64,000 nucleotides of DNA. Origin: Octopus sinensis (Eukaryota). Each line of letters opens with the position of its first letter. Position 1 is the stretch's first letter. The stretch spans positions 115,816,001 through 115,880,000 of the forward strand of contig NC_042999.1 of assembly GCF_006345805.1 (NCBI RefSeq). The letters run 5' to 3'. Positions 51,721-63,934 of this stretch are shown here, in pieces. The notes under the pieces are model-generated. The model had not been told where the DNA came from, searched no databases, and worked only from the letters and a program-made list of their open reading frames with translations. A program made the translations under genes and the position numbers.

Positions 51721-52465
51721 TTGTTTGGGATGCTAGAAATTTCATTCAATACTTAAAAGAATGTACTGAAATTTGATCTCATAAATCTCGTGGGTATTTT
51801 GTAAAAAGTGACGTGCAAATACCTCGGTATTCTAGTCAAACGGAAAGATACTTTGTATAGAATTAAGCTGTTTTAAAACTGCAAAACTATACAGTATATC
51901 TAGAATGAAAAGATACACTGTGAGAGAGGTGGTAATTTAATTATATAAACAGCAGTACCAATTCTTCGAAATTAATTAGTAGCTACTCAGGAAGTAAAAG
52001 AAAATTGTATGTATGTATGCATGTATGTATGCAAAAACTTTAGGGTTGTTCAAAGATATTTGTAATATATTTTAACTACTGAAGGCAATTTCACAGCAGT
52101 TTAATGTGGAGAAAACAAATTCTCATTTATGGTAGCAGGTGTATATACACCATTATCAGCTCAGTGGCGCTTTCTGTTAGACACCTAGGTGCATTTCTGG
52201 AGCGTTAATGGGATCTCTAAGAGAAGTAACCTTGATTTGAAATAAAGCTTTATAATGAATCAGTCAATACTAGTGACTGTTGTACGCTGGTAGAACCATC
52301 ACTGTTTCGCATTAGAACTTATCTCCTTGTTCAAACCGGGCGGTCTGAATATTTTACTCTGTGGCAAACAGCAGTGAAATTGCCTTTAAAAGTTGAAATA
52401 TATTACAAATATATTTGAACTTGCCTAAAGCTTGTTTATTTTCCATCACTGCTTCGTACTACTAC

Positions 52466-52625
52466 GTATGCACGTATGCATGTATGTATGTATGTATGTA
52501 TGTATGTATGTATGTATGTATGTATGTATGTATGTATGTATGTATGTATGTATGTATGTATGTATGTATGTATGTGTGTATGTATATATGTATGTATGTA
52601 TGTGTTCTCATACATATATATATAT

Positions 52626-52657
<32 letters not shown>

Positions 52658-52715
52658 ATAAATATTAGGGAATAAATCCAAATTTACAGGAAAACATCAG
52701 TGGTTTTGTCTCTAA

Positions 52716-52782
<67 letters not shown>
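52466..52782. repeat. (TATG)n and (TA)n microsatellites
   Basis: Direct reading. Confidence 0.9.
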
Positions 52783-52787
<5 letters not shown>

Positions 52788-53503
52788 GCAACAGGATATG
52801 AAGAAGTGATGCAGTTCGACCGTTTCAAGCAGCTCCATGTAATTGAATACACATTTTACCTATTTTCGTTATGATATCATTTTCGATAATCTTAAATTTT
52901 ATCTTTATACAACATAACAATATTGTTTATAAAAAATCACCAATAGTACCCCCATGATAAAATGTCCTCTGTATTAACATCAGAGGTGCTGCCCCTTTAA
53001 CTGGTAATTAACATCATGATTTAGGGTCTTCTTCTACCCAGCCTGCTTTATAGACAGTTACTTTATACCCTATTTACTACTCCTAATATCTTGACAATAT
53101 TTATGACCATATCTAGCCATGAGCTGTCAACTCACTCTTGCCCTTCATTCCTAATAGACACAGTCCTCTAGTCTTAGATTTAGTAGTTGATAAAAAGACA
53201 AATAAATTAGAAATGAACCACAATCCTTTACAAGCTATGACTCCAATAAGCTTAATGTTTTTCTTGGAAGTATAGTATATGCTTAGCTGCAATGGTGACA
53301 ACATGGATTTCTTCTATCTTTTTGCTCGGTTAAAGTATTTGAGTAAAATATATATTAATGTGTCCGACTGATTAAAATTCTATTTATTTGTGTAGCTGAT
53401 GATAGCCCTGCATTTGAATTGATGTAATGATTACATTGTTCAATTAAATGGAGCCGCTTGAAACGGTCGTACTGCATCACTTCTTGATATCCTGTTGCTT
53501 ATT
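52783..53503 (+). mobile_element. Inverted-repeat-bounded PLE-like remnant
   Basis: 65-bp arms at 52783-52847 and 53439-53503 are reverse complements; the right arm is the 3' half of an HHR. Confidence 0.65.
53389..53476 (+). ncRNA. Degenerate hammerhead with long stem II
   Basis: CTGATGA 53396-53402; long imperfect stem II capped by ATGTAAT-G-ATTACAT; GAA-ACGGT-C(53468)-GTACTGCA. Confidence 0.6.
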
Positions 53504-53774
53504 TTGATTTTATTCACCTTCCTTAGAGCTGTATGGATAATACCGGACTGACTTGGTGCTTCAACTTATGTATCTAATTCAAATGAATCTCAATTATATA
53601 TACATATACATACATATATACATACATACATACATTTTTCTTTTACTTCTTGAGTAGCTACTAATTAATTAAATAGAGGAATTTATCTGTAAATATAGTA
53701 TGTGACAATTATTCGGTCACACATTATATTTACAGATGTATATATGTGTGTGTGTGTGTGTGGTGTGTGTGTGT

Positions 53775-54010
53775 GTGTAGGGAGAATTCACAAAAAAAAA
53801 CAAAAGATGAAGACAGGTGGTGTAGACAACAAACATGTGTATTAGTTTAACGCTCGGGAAGTGAAAAAGTCTTTAAAGTTTCGAGCCTACGCTCTTCTAC
53901 ATAAAAGGAACACAGAGAGAAACAAGGAGATAAAATAAAGAATGTGTAGTGGCTAGCGGTCTATCATGGAGAATACCAGACAGAGGGTTACACAGGAGAG
54001 CTAGGAAGAA
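53775..54010 (-). mobile_element. PLE pLTR-like repeat with degenerate hammerhead (53871-53908)
   Basis: Minus strand CTTTT-ATGTAGA-A-GAGC(GTAG)GCTC-GAAACTT-T-AAAG; the AAAACAAAAGA(T/C)GAAGACAGGTG segment recurs at ~30580. Confidence 0.4.
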
Positions 54011-54239
54011 GGGGAGACCCCAAAACGAAGGTGCGCGTGCATGTGTATAAGAGAGTATTTATGTGCGTGTGGAAGAGAACTGGTGACCTTGACGTGTGCG
54101 TGTGTGCATGTGCATGGTGGTGTGATATGATGTGGTGTTGTGTGGTGTGATGGTGTATGTTGTAGCGGTGTGTGGTGTAATGGTGTTGGGAGGTGGGGGA
54201 GGTCAGAGTGGGGAAAGCAAGGGTGGGATGTGGGTTAGG

Positions 54240-54244
54240 CTATA

Positions 54245-54294
<50 letters not shown>

Positions 54295-54402
54295 ATTATA
54301 TATATATACATGTATATATGTGTATACATCTCCACATCTATATGTATATATACATATATATCTATATACATATATACATATATATATATGTACATATATA
54401 TT

Positions 54403-54440
<38 letters not shown>

Positions 54441-54522
54441 TATGTATATATATATGTATATATACATGCATGTTTATATGTATCTATAAATATATAAGTA
54501 TATATACATATGTATATATATA

Positions 54523-54556
<34 letters not shown>

Positions 54557-54810
54557 ATATATATTTATGTATACATGTATATTTATATGCATGTATATAT
54601 ATATACATACATATTTATATATACATGTATACATGTACAAGTATATATATATTTATATATACATGTATATATATGTTTATATATGTATATATATATATAT
54701 GTATGTATATGTATATATTTATATAAATGTATATATATATCTATATATGTTTGTATATATATGTATGCATGTATATGTATATATATGTGTGTGTGTGTGT
54801 TTGTATGTGT
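54240..54810. repeat. Cryptic (TA)/(TATG) microsatellite tract
   Basis: Direct reading. Confidence 0.9.
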
Positions 54811-54819
54811 GTGTGATTG

Positions 54820-54995
54820 TTCTCCCACCATCGCTTCACAACCAATGTTGCTGTATTTACATCCCCGTAACATAGCGATTTGCCAAAACACGTCGATAGA
54901 ATAAGTACAAGTCTTGCAAAGAATAAATCCTGGAGTCTTCGATTAAAGGCGGTACTCCGGCATGGCCGCAGTCACATGACCGAAACAATTAAAAC
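54820..54995 (+). mobile_element. SINE family A, 3' part
   Basis: CCATCGCTTCACAACCAATG..GGCGGTACTCCGGCATGGCCGCAGTC. Confidence 0.8.
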
Positions 54996-55043
54996 TATAA
55001 AAACTATTCCATTTTAATCCCGAGTAAGGCCGGGATTCTCTGC

Positions 55044-55349
55044 TATTAATTTGTCAAGAAAGTTCTTGCGGTTTTTAACCTTTAAATTCAGAGGCACATG
55101 TCTCGGCTCAAACAAAACTTTATTAATCGAAACAAACACCATCAACACACTTTTGCCAACATGAAACAAGTTTATTTATGCCAGTAGCATAAAAGTCCTG
55201 CGTTAAGGTGGCGATGAAGTCGTTGAAGGCGTGTTTGACATCGTCTTGGTTTTTGAAGTATTTCTCACGCAGAAAGTTATCGAGATGCTTGAAAACGTGG
55301 TAGTCGGTAGGCGAGAGGTCTGGTGAGTATAGCGAATGAGGCAGAGTTT
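55044..55349 (-). mobile_element. mariner (DD34D, Hsmar1-like) 3' fragment with TIR
   Basis: TLPHSLYSPDLSPTDYHVFKHL..YATGINKLVSCWQKCVD; TA plus TIR TTAATTTGTCAAGAAAGTTCTTGCGGTTTTT. Confidence 0.85.
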
Positions 55350-56006
55350 GATTTGACAAAGTTAATTGCATGTATGGCAGTGTTGAGTGCTTCTTCCATG
55401 TGTCCTTCAATATTCTTAGCAATTAAATGCTGTCTGTGGATAATGCAATGTATATCAAAAATATGAGGAGCAGCTGATTTCATTCTAAAAACAAAGCCTT
55501 TCACTTTTCCAGTCATGGCTGTAGCTCCATCTGATGCAATGTTGATCAAATTAGTTAATGGAATATTTTTATCATTAAAATATTGCATTGCTTCATTGAA
55601 TATATCTTCTCCATTAGTAGTTTCAGACAAACTTTTAATGAATAACATTTCTTCCCTTATATCATCTTCATGGATGAATTTGACACAGACCAAAAGGATA
55701 GCTTGGTTATTAATTGTACTATCATCAGCCTGGATAGACAAATTTGTGTTTTGGAGAATTTCCACAATCTTCTCCTCAACAAAATTAGACATGTCATCCT
55801 GTCTTCTTGTAATTGTGTTATTTGAAAGTGGAATTGTACTCAGAGTAGATGCAGCAACTTTTCCCAGAACCTCATTTTGCACAAGCCATCAAAGCAGGCT
55901 TGATGTGTTTCTCACCATAAATCTGAAGTGCTGCAACTTTGGCAATAATTTCAGAAACCAAATAATTTGGTTTGAGTGTTTGATTTTCATTATTTATCTT
56001 TTTTAC
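55343..56006 (-). pseudogene. hAT (Charlie/Buster-like) transposase internal fragment
   Basis: GEKHIKPA..IPLSNNTITRR..SIQADDST..SDGATAMTG..HCIIHRQHL (CxxH motif). Confidence 0.9.
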
Positions 56007-56480
56007 AATTCTGAAAAGTGAGTGAAATGAGTTGAAGAAACACAAAAAGATATTGAATATTTCGTAAGAGTGTGCATTAGTACCGATGCGTCCATCAATG
56101 TAACGACCATATATCTCCGGGTGGGGGATCAGGGGAACTATGAAAAGACTGACATAGCAATGGCCTGTTCGAATGCTCATAGCCACCCCAGAGATATGCT
56201 ACAGTAAGTAGTGTCCAGAGAAGTTGTTAAGAGTAAAGAAAAGTTCGGCTGAATAAAGGAGGATGGCGGTACTAGGCTGGCGGTTGGCAGCGCTAGGCTA
56301 ATGGATAATTCGATGGTTCTGAAAATATTGGATAAAAAGTGAGCTGTCTTTGTGTGAGAAGACGATGTTTTAGGATTTGACTAAGAGTTGAAAGAAAGCA
56401 GGAGAGTAAAAACTGGTTCAGTTGGTTCAACTTTCGAAAGCAAGTGTTGTCAATTTGGTCGAGAACGCTGAACTGGCCTG
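56007..56480 (-). mobile_element. Penelope-like RT internal fragment (copy A)
   Basis: QPSTAILLYSAELFFTLNNF..GVAMS..PHPEIYGRYIDG..NSFH, matching the PLE RT GVAMG/YGRYIDD region. Confidence 0.8.
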
Positions 56481-57456
56481 AGGTAGATGCAGATCTAAAT
56501 CAGATAGCTGTGTGTGTGTCTGTGTGTGTGCGCGCGCGTGTCTGTCTGTGTGTGTGTTTGTGTGTATAGTTAAGTAGATACATAAAACCATGCGAATAAC
56601 AAACACAAAAATCAAGATGTTTATTCGTGACTACAACCCTAAAACAATTTATTTAAGTTTGATATATACCATCAAGTAATTCTCACTTGTGAGTTATGAC
56701 AATATGGTTCTTTGGTTCCCCTCATATTATAAATCCTTCTTGATTCTCAAAATATTCCCTATCTTTATCAACAGATGATAGATGCCTCAATTTTTGGTGC
56801 TGTTCCAGCTTAACTTTCTTTATGGACTGATTTATCATGATGGCATCACATTCAAGACACATAGGTTTTGAGTCTATAGATACAAAACCAAACATGATAA
56901 AATCTTCTTTGTAGTTCCTCAGTTTTCCATTTTTTAGCAGTTGGTTCAGATATTATTACAACTGGTCTTTAAAAAAATAAAAATAATAAATACTTTATTT
57001 CTATAAATTAAAAGTATCAAATTTATTATTAAACAAGATTGTGTAGTGATCTATTAAAATATCAAATTTATTATGAAACTGTTGTGATTGTAAAATTTAA
57101 ATTATGTAATTCTTGATTGTATATTATTGATTCTTATGGAATAATTATTGAATTTTGTTTTATTATTATTGTTCTATCTTCATATAAATTATTAATAACT
57201 AACAGTGTCTTTATTATCGAACAATATTGTGTAGATCTAAAATGGCTTCAATTTTTTATGGCTACGAATTCTCTGGGGATCACCGGTGGGCCCCAGGGAC
57301 TACGTTGGAAATAACTGTACTAAGCGACTCCTGAAATTACAGACCTTGCATCAGAATTTCAAAATCATTATTATTTCTTTTTTCACATGCCAGTTTATAC
57401 ATACATAAATACATACATACATACACACACACATACATATATATATGTATACATAT

Positions 57457-57498
<42 letters not shown>

Positions 57499-57727
57499 AT
57501 ATACGTAAATGTGTTTGTGTGTATGAGCATATATGTATACATTGTTGTACTTTCCCGACAACATTAAGAGCATTTTAGCTCTTATTTCTAACAGTGTCTT
57601 GATACTCTTAGTCATGGACGTATCTTTCTTTTATGATATCACATTGCACCTAGCTGTTTATATTAATCTATACACACACACACATATATTTTATATGCAT
57701 ATATGTATTATGTATGTATTATGCATG

Positions 57728-57781
<54 letters not shown>

Positions 57782-58389
57782 GTAGCTAGATATTCGTGCA
57801 GATGTATAATTCAAAATATTCCCCTTTTTTTCAAAAGTAGGAAGACAGTTATCATGTACGAAAAGCAAAAGAAAAATATTTCATAAGGATTCTGAATCCG
57901 AAATTATACTTGGAATAGTGAATACTGCTACTGAAAAAAATTAGTTCTAAGCAGATTAGCATATAACACGTGTATTCGAAAAGTTAAAGATCTTTTAACT
58001 TAAAAACTTCCTTCTGTGTTAATTTGCATTTTGTAATATTTTTTTATATAATTCATAGTTATTAATTCATGAAATTTAAAAAAGAATATGTGTGCGTGTT
58101 CTTATGTTTGTGTTTTTGTACATTTGTGTGTATGTATGTTTGTGAGTGTGTGCGCGCGCGCGCGCATGTGTGTGTGTGTGTCTAGATGTACAAGTGAAGA
58201 TATACACATATATCAAGATGTTCCTTATATCGAACTGCTCTTTTAACAGATTTGGTTTTATCCTGGTCAATCAATTTACACGTCTTACTATTAAGGTCTT
58301 TACATTTTGTGGCCTACATTATTTCTTCTATGTGAAAAGGCTTTGAAGATTTGTCGATTGTCTTTGCCCATTAATAATTCTTGACTCTA

Positions 58390-58600
58390 AGACGGCAAGC
58401 TAACAGAATCGTTATCGCACTGAATAAAATGCTTAGCTGCATTTCTTCAGACTTTACGTTCTAAGTTCAAATGCAGAGTCGACTTTGCCTTTCATTCTTC
58501 GGGATTGATAAAATAATTACCAGTTGAGCACTGGTATCAATGTAATCGACTTCCTCCATGCCCGAGGTTGCTGGCGTTCTGCCAAAATATTTGCAGTCAA
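58390..58600 (+). mobile_element. SINE family B
   Basis: AAGACGGCAAGCTAACAGAATCG..AATGTAATCGACTT. Confidence 0.75.
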
Positions 58601-58803
58601 TAATTTGTGACCCCTTATTTTTCTTAGATTTGATGATTGTCATAGAACTGAAATGCATTAACCGAATATAAGATGTAGTCTCTAGGATTGTGGGTGGCAA
58701 TAAATTGAAAACTTCTGTTTGTGTCTCCTCCCACCATTTTGAAATGACTTACGGAGTAGCTCTGTCGAGAACGTTCACTAGGGTTTTAGAAGTAAAGGAG
58801 GTG

Positions 58804-59509
58804 AATTCTGAAAAGTGAGTGAAATGAGTTGAAGAATCACAAAAAGATATTGAATATTTCGTAAGAGTGTGCATTAGTACCGATGCGTCCGTCAATGCAA
58901 CGACCATATATCTCCGGGTGGGGGATCAGGGGAACTATGAAAAGTCTGACATAGCAATGGCCTGTTCGAATGCTCATATCCACCCCAGAGATATGCTACA
59001 GTAAGTAGTGTCCAGAGAAGTAGTTAAGAGTGAGAAAAAGTTCGGCTGAATAAATGAGGATGGTGGTACTAGGCTGGCGGTTGGCAGCGCTAGGCTAAAG
59101 GATAATTCGATGGTTCTGAAAATATTGGATAAAAAGTGAGCTGTCTTTGTGTGAGAAGACGATGTTTTAGGATTTGACTAAGAGTTGAAAGAAAGCAGGA
59201 GAGTAAAAACTGGTTCAGTTGGTTCAACTTTCGAAAGCAAGTGTTGTCATTTTGGTCGAGAGTGCTGAACTGGCCTGAGGCAGATGCAGATCTGAAATCA
59301 GATACCTGTGTGTTTGTTTGTGTTTATACTTAAGTAGATACACAAAACCATGCGAATAATAAACAGAAAAATCAAGATGTTTATTCGTGACTACAACCCC
59401 AAAACAATTGATTAAAGTTTGATATATACCATGAAGTAATACTCACTTGCGAGTTATGACAATATGGTTCTTTGATTCCCCCTCATGTTATAAATCCTTC
59501 AATTCTCAA
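58804..59509 (-). repeat. Diverged duplicate of 56007-56750 (PLE RT fragment plus flank, copy B)
   Basis: Both copies start at AATTCTGAAAAGTGAGTG and end near AAATCCTTC..TTCTCAA; scattered substitutions. Confidence 0.9.
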
Positions 59510-60008
59510 CAAAGCTTTCCTTATACAGGCAGCACACATAAATCCTTAAGGAAACTAAAAAAAAATCAACTGCATAAAAATAATTAAAAGAGAAACATGG
59601 AACGAAATTTATTATAAAGCTAAAAATATTTTAAAATAGGATAAAATGAATACACCTCGCCTGGAAGAAAGCTATATCCTCCATAGCTAGAAGGAGCTAT
59701 GCCACCAACCCAGCATGGCAAGCATGGCCGGAAGAAAAATAGTAGTTGCAGCGAAAGCTGCGGAAGAGCAGATAGATCTAGCCCATAGCAGACATGATCA
59801 CTGCAGGATAGAAACATAAAACGCATGTCAATTGCGGTGAGTAAGAGAGGGAAAAAAAGAAGCGAATGAAGGAAAGAGATGTATCTACAATAATATCAGT
59901 AACACATCAAATTTATAGTGTGAGGAGAGTCATCGTAGTATTAAGCTAATACTATGGTAAACATAACTCTGGTACTATTCATCGACATTTCCACGATATA
60001 CCTTAAAC

Positions 60009-60243
60009 CAGTGCTCCCCAAACGCCGGATTGCCAACCTGTACGGGGTCATTAATCATTTGGTACCAAACCGCAGAGAAAGAATAAATTTTAAAGTGTTA
60101 TTTTTACTTTGTTGACCATCACAATCTGCAGAGTATTTCTGCATTATGTATGTATGTATGTATGTATGTATGTATGTATGTATGTATGTATGTATGTATG
60201 TATGTATGTATGTAGACAGTTGAATTCATGTATTATGACTTAA

Positions 60244-60281
<38 letters not shown>

Positions 60282-61141
60282 CGAAATTTAAGTCACAATA
60301 TTTGGATTCAAGTGATATGTTTACAACTACAATATCATTAATATTATTAAGGAAACGACCTTGTTTCCACTCTGACCTCAAGCCGCATACATTTAAACAT
60401 CCTACATTAAGCGTATCCATAATGGTTGTACTTACAGTTGGCGATGGGGCAGCACGACCATCTCATTTCTTTGGTCTTTCGTCCGGGGCTTGCGAGGTAT
60501 CGTTGACTAGGCCCTCAAACATTTGTGGGGGGAAAATCTTTCCTCAGATGGCCTTTGTCGTCTTTAAATCGGTTTATTAAAATATTATATAGTTCGGTCT
60601 GTCTATTTTATAGATCGCAATATTTTAGGTTACGTTCTCCCTTCAAAGTGTTTCATTATGCTTGCCGCATTGGGCACTTCTTTTAATTTCTGCAGAAGTG
60701 ACTTGTTAGTCGTCACTACTGCAGCATAATTCATGCTTGGTTGGGAGGGGAACATTTTGGGCTGGGATTTTTTAGTGGTTGTGTGCTCTGTTTGTTGTCT
60801 TTTTGTTTTGTTGAAGGGCTAGTGGGGTTGGATGGGGAAGGGCTTTCTTTTTTTTTCTGGCGATTATTTCCGGTCTTTCTCCTTGGGCTTCCTCCATCTC
60901 CTCCTCTGTTTCCTTTTCTGGCGTTTCTTCTTGAATCTCACAGGGTGCTTCTTCTGTTTTTCTCTCCTTTTGTTTTTCAACAGGTGGGGGAATCGCTGCT
61001 TTTTCGTGTGGAGATTGGCACTCGGCCCTAATGTGGCCTTTTTATATGTATATATTATGCACTTTATTGTTTTGCTATGCGCGTGGAAAAATTGTCTTGC
61101 ATGAAACCGGTTCATGGTGTTAAAAAGATTGGAAACCGCGG
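60009..61141. mobile_element. Non-autonomous hAT (Charlie-type) element with 8-bp TSD
   Basis: Ends CAGTGCTCCCCAA / TTGGAAACCGCGG; TSD CCTTAAAC (60001-08) and CCTTAGAC (61142-49). Confidence 0.7.
60300..61045 (-). mobile_element. Internal fragment of a Tx1/L1-like LINE (ORF1 end and ORF2 start)
   Basis: KGHIRAEC (zinc-knuckle tail) plus an acidic/basic low-complexity stretch, then MDTLNVGCLNVCGLRS (AP-endonuclease start). Confidence 0.7.
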
Positions 61142-61189
61142 CCTTAGACTATACTTAAATGCGTTAAATAATACTGTGTGTACGTAAGG

Positions 61190-61340
61190 TGCAGGCGTGG
61201 CTGGTTAGTTCAGAAGTTGGTTTCGAGTTCAGTTCCACACTGCAACACTTAGGGCACGTGTCTTCTGCTACGGCCCCAGACCGATCAAAGCTTTGTGAGA
61301 GTTAGACAAAAACGATGAGAAGTCCACCGTATGTATTTAT
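61190..61340 (+). mobile_element. SINE family A, 5' part (diverged)
   Basis: GCAGGCGTGGCTG..GAGTTCAGTTCCAC..GTGTCTTCTGCTA..AAAGCTTTGTGAG. Confidence 0.65.
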
Positions 61341-61779
61341 TTGTATGTGTACGTATGCCTAAACTGCATTTTCTCCATATATCAATATTTTCTTCTAATA
61401 TCTCTACTCTAATGGTCATTATTGCTAAACTTCAATTTACAACTCAATTGCTCGCTCGAAATAATATCGCTATATTTTATCTAGACTATTATGAAAATGC
61501 TTAATTAAAAATTCATTATGGTATCCTTATCTAATCATTCGCACTATCCGATAGCTTATATTATCTACAAACAATGCAAAACAACTATTCCATTGTGTCT
61601 TATTATCTGTCTAGAAGAAAAGCTGTTATCCTAATTATCTAGAGCGCACTTATATGTATAAGACACTGCCGCCACTTCAAAATTAAAATCATAAGTCTAC
61701 TAAGTCTTTTTAGGAATGGTGAATCTCGAAGCAATAAACTGTAAATAATAGTTTCAAATTGTTGCACTATCTTTTCCTT

Positions 61780-62175
61780 TTGGGAGGGCGTTGTCGGTTA
61801 CACTGACCCCAATACTCATCTGATATTTATTTCATCGGTTCCAAAAGGCAAAGTCGACCTCAGTAGCATTTGAACTCAGAAGAACCCGTAAGAAACACCT
61901 CTAAGAATGTTGTCCGACTCTCTACTGATTCTGCCAGTTCATCACCTTAGCCAAACTATAAGTAATAGAGTGTATATGTTGGTCTCCAAATCTTGGCACA
62001 AGGTCAGCAGTTTTGGGGAAGGGGCTAAGCCGATTAAATCGACCCTAGTATTCAACTGATGCTTATTTTATCGACTCCGAAAGGATGAAAGGCAAAGTCA
62101 ACAACGACAGCATTGGAACTCTGAACGTAAAGACGGACGACACCGGTGCGGTAACGTTTCTGCCAGCTCACCGCC
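61780..62175 (-). mobile_element. Two adjacent SINE family B copies
   Basis: GGCAAAGTCGACCTC..TTTGAACTCAGAA, and a second copy ending TTTCTGCCAGCTCACCGCCTT. Confidence 0.75.
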
Positions 62176-62559
62176 TTCTTAGCGCGTAAATATTGTATTT
62201 AAAAGCCCACCCGTTTGAAAAAATCGCAGACTGATTTTTTATTTTTCTATCCAAACGGTTTTGACTCAACATTTACACGTTATTTATAGCTTTCTTTGCT
62301 TCGAGATACACCGTCACCCAAAAGAATTATTTCTTTTTCTCGAAGTTTTTTAAAATTCTTAAGATGTCAACAACATAAATTTATCATAAGCATTTGTTAT
62401 TATTAACTTATTGTTATTCCAGAATATTTTGAGTTCAAGTAGTGTTTGGCACCATTCTCCGTTTTCTCTGGACAAAGGGCTTTTAAACACGAAATACCAA
62501 ACTATAAGATAACGTATAAATTGTTGTCAGTTCGTTTTCTTTACTTCTATTATTTCTGT

Positions 62560-62850
62560 ATTCTCTACTTATTTCAAGTCTGGTACCTCTTTTCTCAGTC
62601 CTATTTGCCAAACTGCTCAGTTACATCGATAGAAACAAACCAACACCGGTTGTTAAGCGGTATGGGTACAAACGCAAAGACACAAATACATACATACAAA
62701 CATAAATATATATGCATATACATTCGACGAGCTTCTCATTAGTTTTCGTCTATCGCTCACAAATCTATTGTCAGTCTGGGGATATAGTAGAAGACTTGTG
62801 CCGTAAGTGTCGCTTTGTGGGACTGAACTCGAAACCAACTTCTTAACCAC
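62560..62850 (-). mobile_element. SINE family A (diverged)
   Basis: Reverse complement similarity to 26143-26545. Confidence 0.7.
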
Positions 62851-62945
62851 ACAGACACGCCTGTACATTGCACGCACCCGGCGCGCGCGCACACAGACAC
62901 ATGTGTATATGTATGTGTATGTATGTATGTATGTATGTATGTATG

Positions 62946-62976
<31 letters not shown>

Positions 62977-63292
62977 GTATGTATGCATACACATGCATAT
63001 TTTTACATCATATAACATATATAAACACATACATCATAAATATCAATTCCATTTGGATTTTAAGTTTGGAGCTTGTTTGTTTTTTATAAAGCCCGTCCAC
63101 AGGAATCGGCTTTCAGTTACTATCATCATACAGCAACAATGGATCGCTTTAGTGATGTTATATCTGAAAATCTGTAAATATCCATATAAAGATTAATAGA
63201 GAGTGGTGTGTGTTTCCCGTTTTATTTCATAATACTACAATTGTTTCATCGACATTTTACCAGAAGATTGTTGCTGTAGCAATTCAAATTAT

Positions 63293-63410
63293 GCATAAAC
63301 CTGATGAGTCGGCATTTTACAGGTAGTATGTATTATTCCGTTTAATATATAATAATATTCCAGCAATAATCTTTTGGTAAATTGTCGATGAAACAGTTGC
63401 AGAATTATGC
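63293..63410 (+). ncRNA. Hammerhead with long stem II, preceded by an inverted half-copy (~63215-63276)
   Basis: GCATAA-AC-CTGATGA(63301-07)-GTCGGCATTTTAC..GTAAATTGTCGAT-GAA-ACAGTTGC-A-GAA-TTATGC; the inverted copy reads GAA-ACAATTGT-A. Confidence 0.7.
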
Positions 63411-63469
63411 AACAAATCGAGTTGCTCACACATTTCTGGTTAATATTTAGATGCATTCCTCTGAGGTTC

Positions 63470-63820
63470 ACTTTGCCTTTCATCCTTTCGGGGTTATAAA
63501 ATAGGTATCAGTTGAGCACTGGGGTTTATTTAATCGACTTACCCCTACATCCGCGAACTTGCTGGCCTTGCGCCAAAATTTGAAACTAATATTCAGATAT
63601 ATTAATGCGGCGAGCTGAAGGAACTGTTAGCACGCCGGTCAAAATGCTTAGCAGCATTTTGTTCGTCTTTATGCTCTGAGTTCAAATGCCGCCGGGGTTT
63701 ACATTACCTTTCATCCTTTCGGGATCGATAAAATAAATACAAATCGAGCAATAGGGTTGAATAATCGACTTACCTTCTTCCCAAAATTTCTGGCCTTGAG
63801 CCAAAATTTGAAACCAATAT
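63470..63820 (+). mobile_element. Two tandem SINE family B copies
   Basis: CTTTCATCCTTTCGGG..AATCGACTTACC..AAAATTTGAAAC occurs twice. Confidence 0.8.
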
Positions 63821-63848
63821 TTACATATATATACACATACTACATACC

Positions 63849-63849
<1 letters not shown>

Positions 63850-63933
<84 letters not shown>
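63850..63933. repeat. (GATA)n microsatellite
   Basis: Direct reading. Confidence 0.95.
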
Positions 63934-63934
<1 letters not shown>

